From a bacterium (GTDB lineage Bacteria; Bacteroidota; Bacteroidia; Bacteroidales; Bacteroidaceae): a stretch of DNA of 64,000 nucleotides. The DNA is taken from positions 23,613 through 87,612 of the forward strand of contig CAVBVK010000004.1 of NCBI GenBank assembly GCA_963599085.1, in the 5' to 3' direction. Every line of letters begins with the position of its first letter. Position 1 is the first letter of the stretch. Positions 9,993-19,633 of the stretch are shown one piece after another. The position numbers and the translations under genes were made by a program. Below the pieces are notes generated by a model. That model saw only the letters and a list, made by a program, of their open reading frames with translations, did no database searches and was not told the DNA's origin.

Positions 9993-10187
9993 TCAATATG
10001 CCCTGTTCTTTTTGCGTGCCTCCCGGTCTTGGTCTATCACGCAGTGAATGCCCTGCTTCCTGAGCCCCGGATTGTCGTGTACATGCTGTGACGAGAACTT
10101 CCCGTTGCGGCGCAACAGCACTTTCACGGAGAGCAGAACCATGGCTATTGCCACAAGACCCAATGTGAGAAGCAGCGTTTCTATCAT
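9993..10187 (-). CDS. small single-pass membrane protein (64 aa), function unknown
   Basis: ATG at 10187, a TM helix LLLTLGLVAIAMVLLSV, then a basic tail. An in-frame ATG at 10319 would add 44 aa. Confidence 0.5.
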   Translation of the reverse strand: MIETLLLTLGLVAIAMVLLSVKVLLRRNGKFSSQHVHDNPGLRKQGIHCVIDQDREARKKNRAY

Positions 10188-10268
10188 ATCTTTGTCATTT
10201 ACCTTTAACGCCTGTATGCCGTAAAACAAAAACAAGCTTTCTTTTTTTGCAGTGTCTGCGATTTGCAC

Positions 10269-10276
10269 TATCTTTG
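10269..10276 (+). promoter_or_regulatory. putative -7 box TATCTTTG (TTTG 19 nt upstream at 10246-10249)
   Basis: Matches the Bacteroides TTTG-N19-TAnnTTTG promoter architecture. The only + gene downstream is pepD at 10490. Confidence 0.45.
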
Positions 10277-10380
10277 CATAAGGCAGGCGGCGCTCGGCAA
10301 TCTGAAAATAAACTTTCATTGCACTCGCTGGCACTGACTTTGCATAAGGCAGGCCATGCCCGTACTTTTAACAGACTACG

Positions 10381-10388
10381 CAAAGGTA
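10381..10388 (-). promoter_or_regulatory. putative -7 box TACCTTTG (minus strand)
   Basis: Plus strand reads CAAAGGTA. It would drive the small membrane-protein/ompH unit with a ~185-nt leader. Confidence 0.4.
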
Positions 10389-10489
10389 ATGCAATTTAGG
10401 CGCATGACAAAATTATTTGATTGTTTTTGCGAAATAAGCCTGCCAAAATAAAGATTATTAATGTTATAACCTAAAGGAACAAAGAAAAA

Positions 10490-11941
10490 ATGAGTAATTG
10501 CGAATTGAAACCTGCCCGCGTTTTCGAGCAGTTTGCAGAGATTAACAAGATTCCCCGCCCCTCAAAGCACGAGGAACGGATGATTGAATATCTGAAAGAG
10601 TTTGGCAAAAAGCACGGATTTGAGACGGAAGCCGACGAAACCGGCAACGTTATAATACGCAAACCTGCCACAAAGGGACACGAGAATGCCCCGACAGTGA
10701 TTTTGCAAAGCCATATGGACATGGTGTGTGACAAGCTCGTGGATGTGGAGTTCGACTTCCTGAAAGACTCCATCCAGACCTACATCGACGGCGAATGGCT
10801 CACGGCCAAGGGCACAACCCTGGGTGCTGACGACGGCATAGGCTGCGCCATCGAACTTGCAATCCTTGACAGCGATGACATAGAACACGGCCCGCTGGAG
10901 TGCGTCTTCACACGCGACGAGGAGACAAGTCTCACGGGTGCAATGGGAATGAGAGCCGGATTTATGAAGGGCGACATGCTCATCAACCTCGACTCCGAGG
11001 ACGAAGGCCAGATATTCATCTCATGTGCCGGCGGCAAGACCACCTCTGCCAGGTTCACATTCACACGAGAAGCTGCACCGGAAGGCCATTTCTTCATGCA
11101 GGCTTCCATCAAGGGCTTGAAGGGCGGACATTCCGGCGACGACATAAACAAGAAGCGCGCCAATGCCATCAAGGTTCTCGCACGCTTCCTGTACAAGGAA
11201 CAGGAGAAGACGGACTTGCGCCTTGCACAGTTCAACTCGGGCAAACTGCACAATGCCATACCGCGCGACGGTGTCATCGTCTTCGCCGTTCCCGCAAGCG
11301 AAAAGGAGACAGTGCGTGCCGACTGGAACGTATTCACCGCCAATGTGGAGGAGGAATTCCATGTGAGCGACCCGATAATGGAATTCAGCATGGGCAGTAC
11401 CGACACACAGACCGTACTGCCGAAAGAATGCTCCATACGCTTCATACGCGCCTTGCAGGGTGTTGATAACGGCGTGTTCGCAATGTGCCAGGACGAAGCC
11501 TTGGCATGGATGGTGGAGACATCGAACAACGTGGCAAGCGTACAGACATCGGAAAACGAAATAAACATACTCGCTTCACAGCGAAGCAACGTTATGAGCA
11601 ACCTCGAGAACGAGACCAACACCATAAAGGCCGTATTCGAACTCGCCGGTGCCGAAGTCAAGACAAGCAGCGGTTATCCCGCATGGAAGATGAATCCAGA
11701 CAGCAAACTCACCAAAGTGGCAGTGGAAAGCTACCGCAAGCTCTTCGGCAAAGACCCGATAGTGAAGGGCATACACGCCGGACTGGAGTGCGGACTTTTC
11801 TCCGAGCGTTACCCCAATCTCGACATGGTGTCGTTCGGCCCCACACTGCGCGATGTGCACACTCCCGACGAACGCCTGCACATCCCGACCGTACAGATGG
11901 TATGGGATCACCTGCTTGACATACTCAAGAATGTGGAGTAA
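10490..11941 (+). CDS. pepD: aminoacyl-histidine dipeptidase (M20 family)
   Basis: Full-length PepD pattern: N-terminal FxxIxxIPRPSxHE, SHMDMV, GADDGIG, RDEETS, and a C-terminal HxPDERL region. Confidence 0.9.
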   Translation: MSNCELKPARVFEQFAEINKIPRPSKHEERMIEYLKEFGKKHGFETEADETGNVIIRKPATKGHENAPTVILQSHMDMVCDKLVDVEFDFLKDSIQTYIDGEWLTAKGTTLGADDGIGCAIELAILDSDDIEHGPLECVFTRDEETSLTGAMGMRAGFMKGDMLINLDSEDEGQIFISCAGGKTTSARFTFTREAAPEGHFFMQASIKGLKGGHSGDDINKKRANAIKVLARFLYKEQEKTDLRLAQFNSGKLHNAIPRDGVIVFAVPASEKETVRADWNVFTANVEEEFHVSDPIMEFSMGSTDTQTVLPKECSIRFIRALQGVDNGVFAMCQDEALAWMVETSNNVASVQTSENEINILASQRSNVMSNLENETNTIKAVFELAGAEVKTSSGYPAWKMNPDSKLTKVAVESYRKLFGKDPIVKGIHAGLECGLFSERYPNLDMVSFGPTLRDVHTPDERLHIPTVQMVWDHLLDILKNVE

Positions 11942-11983
11942 AACCCACGCAACATGTATCGTCAGCCCCGTCTTTAAACACAA

Positions 11984-12032
11984 AGAGGATGTGTCAAAAC
12001 AGGCACATCCTCTTGTTCTTTTTTCTGGAAGC
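11984..12032 (+). terminator. intrinsic terminator of pepD (member of a repeated hairpin family)
   Basis: AGAGGATGTG-TCAAAACAGG-CACATCCTCT, a perfect 10-bp stem, followed by TGTTCTTTTTT. Confidence 0.7.
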
Positions 12033-12080
12033 TGGCATCGTCCGAAAACACAGCAGGAGGTCGGACGTTTCACTCCATAA

Positions 12081-13691
12081 TCAGTCTTTCTTTCCTATTG
12101 ACTTAATCCATTTCAACGGACTTTTCAGGATTTTCTTCAATGTGCCCGTCCCGCCGCCATCAACGGGTTTAGCCACAGTCTTGTGGACATTGCCTGCCGA
12201 CGGCTTCCTGCCTTGCTGCTGCGGACGGCGGCGAGGGTTCTGACGGCGTTGCTTTCCACCGTTGTTCCCCTGTTTCTGCTGAGCGTTTTCCGTGCGCTTC
12301 CCTTCCACATTCTTTACTGCAGTGGCGGCATCGGCGTTGGTCTGCTGCGGCTTGCGTGGGCGGGTGCGGCGCTGTTTTGAGGGTTTGTCCCCAGTATCCT
12401 TTGGCTGAACGGAGGTTTCTTTCGGTTGAGCGGAAGTATCCTTCGGCCTGGTGCTCTGGCGCGGCTGACGCGACTTCCTGCCGTCGCGGCCTCCACGACG
12501 GGAATTGGAACGGCCGTCACGCCTCCTTGACGAGGCGGTGTTATAGTCGGGACCCTCGCCAAGACTTTCAGGGAGCGCATTCTTTTCCACCTCGCGTCCA
12601 AGGAACTTCTCTATCTGCTTGAACTGCGACATTTCGTCTTCGCACACGAACGTTATTGCCACCCCGTCACGGTCGGCACGCGCCGTGCGCCCGATGCGGT
12701 GGACATAGTCCTCGGGATCGTGCGGCACATCAAAGTTTATCACCATCGCCACATCGTCGATGTCGATGCCGCGGGCAACGATATCGGTGGCGACAAGCAC
12801 ATCGATCTGTCCGCTCTTGAACTTATAGAGCATCTCGTCGCGCTCAGCCTGCTCCAAGTCGGAGTGCATTTCGCCCGAGTTTATCTTCATCTGCTGCAAT
12901 GTACGGTTGATGGTCTTCACCTTCTGTTTCTTGCCTGAGAAGATAATCACGCGGTTGAGGTCGCCCCGTTTGAATATGTCCTTGATTATTCCTATCTTCT
13001 GGGTCTCGTAGCATACGTAGGCACTCTGCCTTATCTTTTCGGCAGGGCGGCTCACGGCAATCTTCACCTCCACAGGATTTTTGAGCAACGTCTTTGCGAG
13101 TTCCTCTATCTTCGGAGGCATTGTGGCAGAGAACATGATGGTCTGGCAGGTGTCGGGGAGCTTGCTTGCAATCATCCTTATGTCCTCGGAAAAGCCCATG
13201 TCGAGCATACGGTCGGCCTCGTCAAGCACGAAGAACGACACCTTGCTGAGGTCGGCGGAGCCAAGAGAGATATGGCTTATGAGCCGTCCCGGTGTCGCTA
13301 TCACCACATCGGCGCCCATTTCAAAGCTTTTCAGTTCCTGGTCGTAACGGTTGCCGTCGTTGCCGCCATACACGGCAACACTGCTCACGCCGTCAAGATA
13401 GTAGCCGAAGCCCTGCATGGCCTGGTCGATTTGCTGCGCCAGCTCGCGCGTCGGACTCATAATGACGCAATTTATGGCATCATCAGGATAGCCGCCGTCA
13501 TCGAGTTTGCTGAGAATGGGCAGCAGATAAGCGGCTGTCTTGCCCGTTCCTGTCTGTGCGACACCGAGCAGATCACGCCCCTCAAGTATGGGGGCAATAC
13601 ATTTTTCCTGAATTGGGGTACACTCGTCGAAATTCATATCATACAGTGCGTCAAGCACATGGTCGTTGAGTTCCGTTTCGTCGAAATACAT
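12081..13691 (-). CDS. DEAD-box ATP-dependent RNA helicase with basic C-terminal tail
   Basis: AQTGTGKT, DEAD, SAT, HRIGRTAR. Followed by a ~150-aa R/K/Q/P-rich tail. Confidence 0.9.
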   Translation of the reverse strand: MYFDETELNDHVLDALYDMNFDECTPIQEKCIAPILEGRDLLGVAQTGTGKTAAYLLPILSKLDDGGYPDDAINCVIMSPTRELAQQIDQAMQGFGYYLDGVSSVAVYGGNDGNRYDQELKSFEMGADVVIATPGRLISHISLGSADLSKVSFFVLDEADRMLDMGFSEDIRMIASKLPDTCQTIMFSATMPPKIEELAKTLLKNPVEVKIAVSRPAEKIRQSAYVCYETQKIGIIKDIFKRGDLNRVIIFSGKKQKVKTINRTLQQMKINSGEMHSDLEQAERDEMLYKFKSGQIDVLVATDIVARGIDIDDVAMVINFDVPHDPEDYVHRIGRTARADRDGVAITFVCEDEMSQFKQIEKFLGREVEKNALPESLGEGPDYNTASSRRRDGRSNSRRGGRDGRKSRQPRQSTRPKDTSAQPKETSVQPKDTGDKPSKQRRTRPRKPQQTNADAATAVKNVEGKRTENAQQKQGNNGGKQRRQNPRRRPQQQGRKPSAGNVHKTVAKPVDGGGTGTLKKILKSPLKWIKSIGKKD

Positions 13692-13776
13692 TTTGTGTAA
13701 TGTTTAATTGTTAATTTTAATTTCTACATGCCTTCGGTACGCTCTTTTCTGTGAACGGGTCAGGAGACTGGCGGCG

Positions 13777-15012
13777 TCAGTTGGGGGCTTTCCTGTAACA
13801 GAAGTAAGCCACGACGGCAAAGATAAAGTTCGGTATCCATGCGGCAAGCACAGGCGGTGTGTTGGCATTTATGGCAAATGTCGATGACACGGTCTGCAAC
13901 ATGATATATCCGAAACTCAGCGCAAGGCCTATGCCCAGGTACATTCCCATCCCTCCCTTACGTTTGCGCGAAGAGAGCGAGAGCCCGATTGTCGTGAGGA
14001 TGAACGATGCGAATGACGATGCGATGCGCTTGTGATACTCCACCTGATACTGCACCACGTTGCCGCTTCCGCGGTTGATCTGCTTGGAAATGTAGGCCTT
14101 CAGCTCCGGACTCGTGAATGTTTCCTGCTGGCCTTTGGAATAGACGAGGTCGGTTGGTTCCATCTGTATCACCGTGTCACACTTCATCCCGCTTGTAATG
14201 TTCTCGCGCAAGCCGCGCAATTCGCGTATCTTCCAGTTCCTAACCGTCCAGTGGTACTTCGAGTCGGAGATGGTGTCGTACTGCGCTTCGGTTGCCGTGA
14301 GATGGCTGACGAGTTTCTTGTTCTCGAATTTGTCGAGCGAAAAGCCATAGCCACGCTTCACGGTGTTGTCGTAATGCTGTATGTAAGCTATCGTACCCTT
14401 ACCGACTTGCAGCATCACATTGTCTGCCGATGTGTTCTTTTTCTTGTTCTTGTACATCGACTCAAAGTTCTGCCGCACCACCGTTCCATGCGGAATGATA
14501 TAGGCGGACAGATAGAACGAGAGCGCGGAGATGAGCACACACGAGATCATGTAAGGCCGCATCAGACGCCGGAACGACACTCCCGCCGCCAGCATGGATA
14601 TTATTTCAGAGTTCGCGGCGAGCTTCGTCGTGAAGAATATGACAGCGATAAAGACAAACAGCGGACTGAAAAGGTTGGCGAAGTAAGGCACGAAATTGGC
14701 ATAATAGTCGAACACTATCGCCTTGAGTGGAGCGTGGTACTGCGCGAATTTGGCCAGATTTTCGTTTACATCGAAAACGATTGAGATGGAGATGATAAGA
14801 ACAATGGAATAAATGTAAGTCCCGATGAACTTTCGTATGATATAGCGGTCAAGACGTTTTATGTAGCGGTTGGGATTGAGAAAGCCCAAAAAGCCAAACA
14901 CGCCCTTCATCCATTGCACGACGGCAACGAGCCACACGGCGTGCCTTCTTATACTGTGTGCAGTGCGGAGAAGTTTGTGAAATCGTCTTGTCTTTTCTGT
15001 TTTCATTTCCAT
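13777..15012 (-). CDS. LptF/LptG family LPS export permease
   Basis: RLDRYIIRKFIGTY motif and a multi-TM YjgP/YjgQ layout. An alternative start at 14910 would give the usual short N-terminus. Confidence 0.8.
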   Translation of the reverse strand: MEMKTEKTRRFHKLLRTAHSIRRHAVWLVAVVQWMKGVFGFLGFLNPNRYIKRLDRYIIRKFIGTYIYSIVLIISISIVFDVNENLAKFAQYHAPLKAIVFDYYANFVPYFANLFSPLFVFIAVIFFTTKLAANSEIISMLAAGVSFRRLMRPYMISCVLISALSFYLSAYIIPHGTVVRQNFESMYKNKKKNTSADNVMLQVGKGTIAYIQHYDNTVKRGYGFSLDKFENKKLVSHLTATEAQYDTISDSKYHWTVRNWKIRELRGLRENITSGMKCDTVIQMEPTDLVYSKGQQETFTSPELKAYISKQINRGSGNVVQYQVEYHKRIASSFASFILTTIGLSLSSRKRKGGMGMYLGIGLALSFGYIMLQTVSSTFAINANTPPVLAAWIPNFIFAVVAYFCYRKAPN

Positions 15013-15054
15013 TGTTGAGAGAGCCGTGCGGCGACATAGCCCGAAAAGTCTGTT

Positions 15055-16182
15055 TCAGACACGCTGCCCGAGGCGGTCGATGACACTTGCTTTCCACCGT
15101 ACAAAGTCGCCCTGTTCGATGTGGTGGCGGGCATCGGTGACGAGCCGCAGATAGAATGCAAGGTTATGGATGCTCGCTATCTGCATGGCAAGGAGTTCCT
15201 GAGCCTTGAACAGGTGGTGAAGATAAGCCTTGGAGTGTATGCGGTCAATATCGCAACCGTCGGGATCGATGGGCGAGAAATCCTGTTCCCATTTCTTGTT
15301 GCGCATGTTCATCGTGCCGTCGTATGTGAAAAGCATGGCATTGCGGCCGTTGCGGGTGGGCATCACACAGTCGAACATATCGACGCCGCGCTCTATCGCC
15401 TCGAGGATGTTCTGCGGAGTGCCCACTCCCATGAGGTAGCGCGGCTTGTCTTTCGGCAATATCTCATTCACAGCCTCAATCATTTCATACATCACCTCAG
15501 TGGGTTCGCCCACCGCCAGGCCTCCGATAGCGTTGCCGTCGGCACCCTTGTCGGCCACAAACTTGGCTGCTTCGCGGCGCAAGTCCTTGTATTTGCATCC
15601 CTGCACTATCGGGAACAGGCTCTGATGATGCCCGTACAGCGGCTCGGTATCATTGAAACGCCTGATACAACGGTCGAGCCAGCGTTGCGTCAGAGCCAGA
15701 CTCTTCTTGGCGTAAGCGTAGTCGCTCTCGCCGGGAGGGCATTCATCGAATGCCATCATTATGTCGGCGCCAATGATTCTTTCAGTGTCCATCACACTTT
15801 CAGGCGTGAAAATGTGTTTGGAACCGTCGATGTGGGAGCGGAACTCGCATCCTTCTTCACGCAGCTTGCGTATGCCTGTGAGAGAAAACACCTGAAACCC
15901 GCCAGAATCGGTGAGTATTGGGCGGTCCCAAGTGTTGAACTTATGCAGCCCGCCAGCCTTGCGGATGGTGTCAAGCCCTGGCCGCAAGTAGAGATGATAG
16001 GTGTTGCCGAGGATAATCTGGGCCTTCACCTGCTCGCGGAGTTCGGAGAAATGCACGCCTTTCACTGCCCCTACCGTGCCTACCGGCATGAAGATGGGGG
16101 TCTTGATCTGCCCGTGGCCGGTGGTGATGATTCCCGTACGTGCGTCGGACGCCGTGTCGGTGTGTTGCAGTTCGAATGTCAT
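15055..16182 (-). CDS. tgt: tRNA-guanine transglycosylase (queuine tRNA-ribosyltransferase)
   Basis: LGNTYHL, DSGGFQV, GLAVGE, FDCVMPTRNGRN. Confidence 0.95.
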   Translation of the reverse strand: MTFELQHTDTASDARTGIITTGHGQIKTPIFMPVGTVGAVKGVHFSELREQVKAQIILGNTYHLYLRPGLDTIRKAGGLHKFNTWDRPILTDSGGFQVFSLTGIRKLREEGCEFRSHIDGSKHIFTPESVMDTERIIGADIMMAFDECPPGESDYAYAKKSLALTQRWLDRCIRRFNDTEPLYGHHQSLFPIVQGCKYKDLRREAAKFVADKGADGNAIGGLAVGEPTEVMYEMIEAVNEILPKDKPRYLMGVGTPQNILEAIERGVDMFDCVMPTRNGRNAMLFTYDGTMNMRNKKWEQDFSPIDPDGCDIDRIHSKAYLHHLFKAQELLAMQIASIHNLAFYLRLVTDARHHIEQGDFVRWKASVIDRLGQRV

Positions 16183-18668
16183 CCCTGTTTCTGTTGTTCG
16201 CCTTCCTGCTTTTTCCCGTTGTCGTCTTCAACGGTGAGGGCGACCGGATTATCGACAATCTCGTCGGTAAGTGCGAAGTCCCACACATCCTGCACGTTCT
16301 CGACATAGTGGAACTCCACGCCCTTTCGGTAGATTTCGGGTATCTCGTCGATGTCCTTCCTGTTGTCACGGCACATTACTATATCCGTAATCCCGGCACG
16401 CTTTGCTGCCAAAATCTTCTCCTTTATGCCGCCTACGGGCAACACTTTGCCGCGGAGCGTGATCTCTCCTGTCATGGCTGTATTGCGGCGCACCTTGCGT
16501 TGCGTCAGTGCCGAGGCTATGGATGTGGCTATTGTGATGCCCGCCGACGGCCCGTCCTTAGGCGTGGCACCCTCGGGCACGTGTATATGTATGTTCCATT
16601 GGTCGAACACCCGATAGTCCACCCCGAGGCGGTCAATGTGTGCCTTCACATACTCGAGGGCTATGACGGCCGACTCTTTCATCACATCGCCGAGGTTACC
16701 CGTAAGTGTCAGTTTTCCTGCCTTGCCTTTGCTGAGCGATGTCTCGATGAAGAGTATCTCGCCGCCGACACTTGTCCATGCCAGACCCGTGACCACTCCG
16801 GCGTAGGCATTGCCCTGGTATATGTCGCGATAGAACGGCGGTTTGCCCAAAAGTCCCTCTATCTGGTTCGGCGTTATCTTCTCGCAGGGCAGTGTTCCGT
16901 CGAGAGCCTTTGCGTAAGCGAGCTTCCGCAAAGCCTTGTTCACCTGCTTCTCGAGCTGACGCACACCGCTCTCACGGGTGTACTGCTCCACGATTTTCTC
17001 TATTGCCGCCTTGTTGAATGACAGTTTGTCGGTCTTTTCGTTAAACCCGCAGTTCTCTATCTCGCGCGGGATGAGGTGGCGTCTGGCTATTTCTATCTTC
17101 TCCTCGGTGATGTATCCGCTCACCTCTATCAGTTCCATACGGTCGAGCAGCGGCCGCGGTATGGTGTTGAGGTCGTTGGCGGTGGCTATGAAAAGCACCT
17201 TGGAGAGGTCGAAATCCACATCAAGGTAGTTGTCGTGGAAAGCGCTGTTCTGCTCAGGGTCGAGCACTTCGAGCAATGCCGACGACGGGTCGCCATTGAC
17301 GGTGTTCTGCGTCACCTTGTCTATTTCGTCAAGGATGAATATGGGGTTCGACGAGCCCGCCTTCTGTATGTTCTTTATTATGCGTCCCGGCATGGCTCCG
17401 ACGTATGTGCGCCGGTGTCCGCGTATCTCCGACTCGTCGTGCAGTCCGCCCAACGACATGCGCACATACTTGCGTTTCATTGCCGAGGCGATGCTCTTTC
17501 CGAGCGATGTCTTGCCCACTCCCGGAGGGCCGTAGAGGCAGATTATGGGCGACTTGAGGTCGCCGCGCAACTTCAGTACAGCCATGTACTCGAGGATTCG
17601 CTCCTTCACTTTTTCCATGCCGTAGTGGTCGTGGTCGAGTATCCGTTGCGCGCGCCTGAGGTCAAGGTTGTCCTTCGTGTATTCGCCCCACGGCAGACTT
17701 ATCATTGTCTGCAAGTAGTTGAACTGTATGCTGTATTCCGGACTCTGCGGATTGAACATGTCGAGCTTGTCAAGTTCCTTGGCGAACACCTTGCCTATCT
17801 CCTCCGGCCAGCGTTTCTTCTTGGCTTTCTCCTCCATCTCCCTGCGCTCGGGAGAGCCCTCGCCGTTGCCCAGTTCTTCCTTGATATTCTTTATCTGCTG
17901 TTGCAGGAAGTACTCGCGCTGCTGCTCGTCAAGGTCTTCACGCGTCTTGGTGCGGATGTTCTGCTTCAGCTCGAGCAGCTGCAACTCCTTGTGGAGCACC
18001 TTCAGTGTACGCAGGACACGCTCGTACATGGAGTCGGCCTCGAGCAGTTTTATCTTGTCCTCGATGGGAAAGGGGAGATTGGTACAGATGAAATCCACCG
18101 ATATTATGTCGTTGGAGATGTTGTTGAGGGCAAACTGCGACTCGTCGGGGATGTCCTCGTTCTGTCGTATGTAGTTCACCGCCGTGGAGCGGAGGTCGTC
18201 GAGAGCCGTCTTGAACTCGCTGTCGCCTGGCTCGGGCATGGCTTCGATGCTGGTCTGCACCTCACCCAGGAGGAACGGCTTTTCCCTTTCTATGCTTTTC
18301 AGGCGGCAACGCCCCAAAGCCTGGATGATGGCTGTCACGTTGTTGCCGGGACCCGGCATTTCAAGCACCTTCACCAGTTTGGCGAACACACCGTATTCAT
18401 AAAGGTCGCCGATATGCGGTGTTTCCACATCCTGGTTTTTCTGACAGAACACCGCAAAGACGGCATCCGGCATATTGCGCATGCGTTCAAGCAGATTGTA
18501 GCTCTGCTTCCGCCCGATGAGGACGGGAGAGATTACACCCGGAAATAGAACGATGTTGCGTGTGGCGAGAATGGGTATTACGCCGTCTGTCTCTATGTTG
18601 AAAAGTGCTGTCACATCGCCGTCATAGTCGGCTATCATCTGTATCGATGTACTTGATTTCCTGTTCAT
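16179..18668 (-). CDS. lon: Lon protease (endopeptidase La)
   Basis: LON N-domain, AAA+ Walker A GPPGVGKT, protease site [10 protein letters not shown]. 4-nt overlap with tgt. Confidence 0.95.
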   Translation of the reverse strand: MNRKSSTSIQMIADYDGDVTALFNIETDGVIPILATRNIVLFPGVISPVLIGRKQSYNLLERMRNMPDAVFAVFCQKNQDVETPHIGDLYEYGVFAKLVKVLEMPGPGNNVTAIIQALGRCRLKSIEREKPFLLGEVQTSIEAMPEPGDSEFKTALDDLRSTAVNYIRQNEDIPDESQFALNNISNDIISVDFICTNLPFPIEDKIKLLEADSMYERVLRTLKVLHKELQLLELKQNIRTKTREDLDEQQREYFLQQQIKNIKEELGNGEGSPERREMEEKAKKKRWPEEIGKVFAKELDKLDMFNPQSPEYSIQFNYLQTMISLPWGEYTKDNLDLRRAQRILDHDHYGMEKVKERILEYMAVLKLRGDLKSPIICLYGPPGVGKTSLGKSIASAMKRKYVRMSLGGLHDESEIRGHRRTYVGAMPGRIIKNIQKAGSSNPIFILDEIDKVTQNTVNGDPSSALLEVLDPEQNSAFHDNYLDVDFDLSKVLFIATANDLNTIPRPLLDRMELIEVSGYITEEKIEIARRHLIPREIENCGFNEKTDKLSFNKAAIEKIVEQYTRESGVRQLEKQVNKALRKLAYAKALDGTLPCEKITPNQIEGLLGKPPFYRDIYQGNAYAGVVTGLAWTSVGGEILFIETSLSKGKAGKLTLTGNLGDVMKESAVIALEYVKAHIDRLGVDYRVFDQWNIHIHVPEGATPKDGPSAGITIATSIASALTQRKVRRNTAMTGEITLRGKVLPVGGIKEKILAAKRAGITDIVMCRDNRKDIDEIPEIYRKGVEFHYVENVQDVWDFALTDEIVDNPVALTVEDDNGKKQEGEQQKQG

Positions 18669-18786
18669 ATATCGTTATCTGTCCGTTCACGCCACAACAT
18701 GACGTGTATTTTTCAAAAATGGATTTCCATGCAATGTATTTCCGGCGCATCCTGCCGGCAATAGCCAGTGAAAGGCTATAGCCGTG

Positions 18787-18794
18787 CAAAGGTA
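18787..18794 (-). promoter_or_regulatory. putative -7 box TACCTTTG for lon
   Basis: Plus strand CAAAGGTA, ~120 nt upstream of the lon ATG. Confidence 0.4.
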
Positions 18795-18904
18795 CTGAAA
18801 AAAAATAACATACATGTGCATTTAATATTTATTTTAAGTTTAACCAAAAACGCAGAATTGCCTGCTTTAAAAAGGAACCTCCTTTGCACTCCGATTATGC
18901 CGCA

Positions 18905-19606
18905 TCACTTCACATAGAAGTCACGTGTGAGCGAGGCGTACCATTCCGTGCGGCTGCCGTCGGGGTTTTGCAACACCTCTTCTGAGAAGCTGAAATCCGC
19001 CCCGCCCTGTTGACGAAAAGCGAGAAGGTAACGACGGGCAGGCTTGCTTACCGTGGTCTTCACGGCACAGCGGCGCGTGAGCGAAAAGCCGGAGAGGCAG
19101 GCTTCGGTGACAAACGCTTGCAGGCATTCTGCCGGAATGATGGCACTGAACACGCCGTCCCGTGCGAGAAGGCGGCGGACGGAAGCGAAGAGTTCAGCGT
19201 AGGGCAAGGCACACGAATGGCGCGCCAAAGTCCGGTGGGTGTCCGGAGCGAGAAGGCTATCGACGAAGAAAGGAGGGTTTGAGACAATGCTGTCGAACCT
19301 TTCAACGGCACTGTATTGCTGCACGGCACTCTCAACGACACTCACCCGGCTTGCAAACGGGCTCGCCGCCACATTGGCGGAAGCCTGCGCACACGCCTCG
19401 TGCACCATGTCGAGCGCGACCACCTGCGCCCCGGCAAAACGCTGTGCCATCATAAGGGCGATGAGTCCGGTGCCTGTCCCCACATCAAGGATGCGGCTGC
19501 CGCCCTCAGCCCATGCTCCGAGCAGAACGCCGTCAGTGCCCACTTTCATGGCGCACGCGTCCTGGTGCACGGTGAATTGCCTGAAAGAGAAGTAGCTGTT
19601 GGACAT
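18905..19606 (-). CDS. tRNA1(Val) (adenine37-N6)-methyltransferase (TrmN6/YfiC-like)
   Basis: SAM-binding DVGTGTGLIAL and the N6-MTase motif SNPPFF. Confidence 0.8.
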   Translation of the reverse strand: MSNSYFSFRQFTVHQDACAMKVGTDGVLLGAWAEGGSRILDVGTGTGLIALMMAQRFAGAQVVALDMVHEACAQASANVAASPFASRVSVVESAVQQYSAVERFDSIVSNPPFFVDSLLAPDTHRTLARHSCALPYAELFASVRRLLARDGVFSAIIPAECLQAFVTEACLSGFSLTRRCAVKTTVSKPARRYLLAFRQQGGADFSFSEEVLQNPDGSRTEWYASLTRDFYVK

Positions 19607-19633
19607 TGTCGGTGGAAATAATGGAATTGGACG

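Noticed and set aside
10188-10334. The ORF-track N-terminal extension of the small membrane protein. Similar alternative-start extensions occur at 3424, 5319, 9168, 9996, 20710, 26692, 28427, 30720, 33544, 36403, 45004 and 60756.
   Set aside because: These extensions begin at GTG or TTG, or at upstream ATGs, and overlap neighbouring genes or promoter boxes. An internal ATG gives the family-typical N-terminus or signal peptide. For 10188-10334 the ATG at 10319 remains a possible alternative start.
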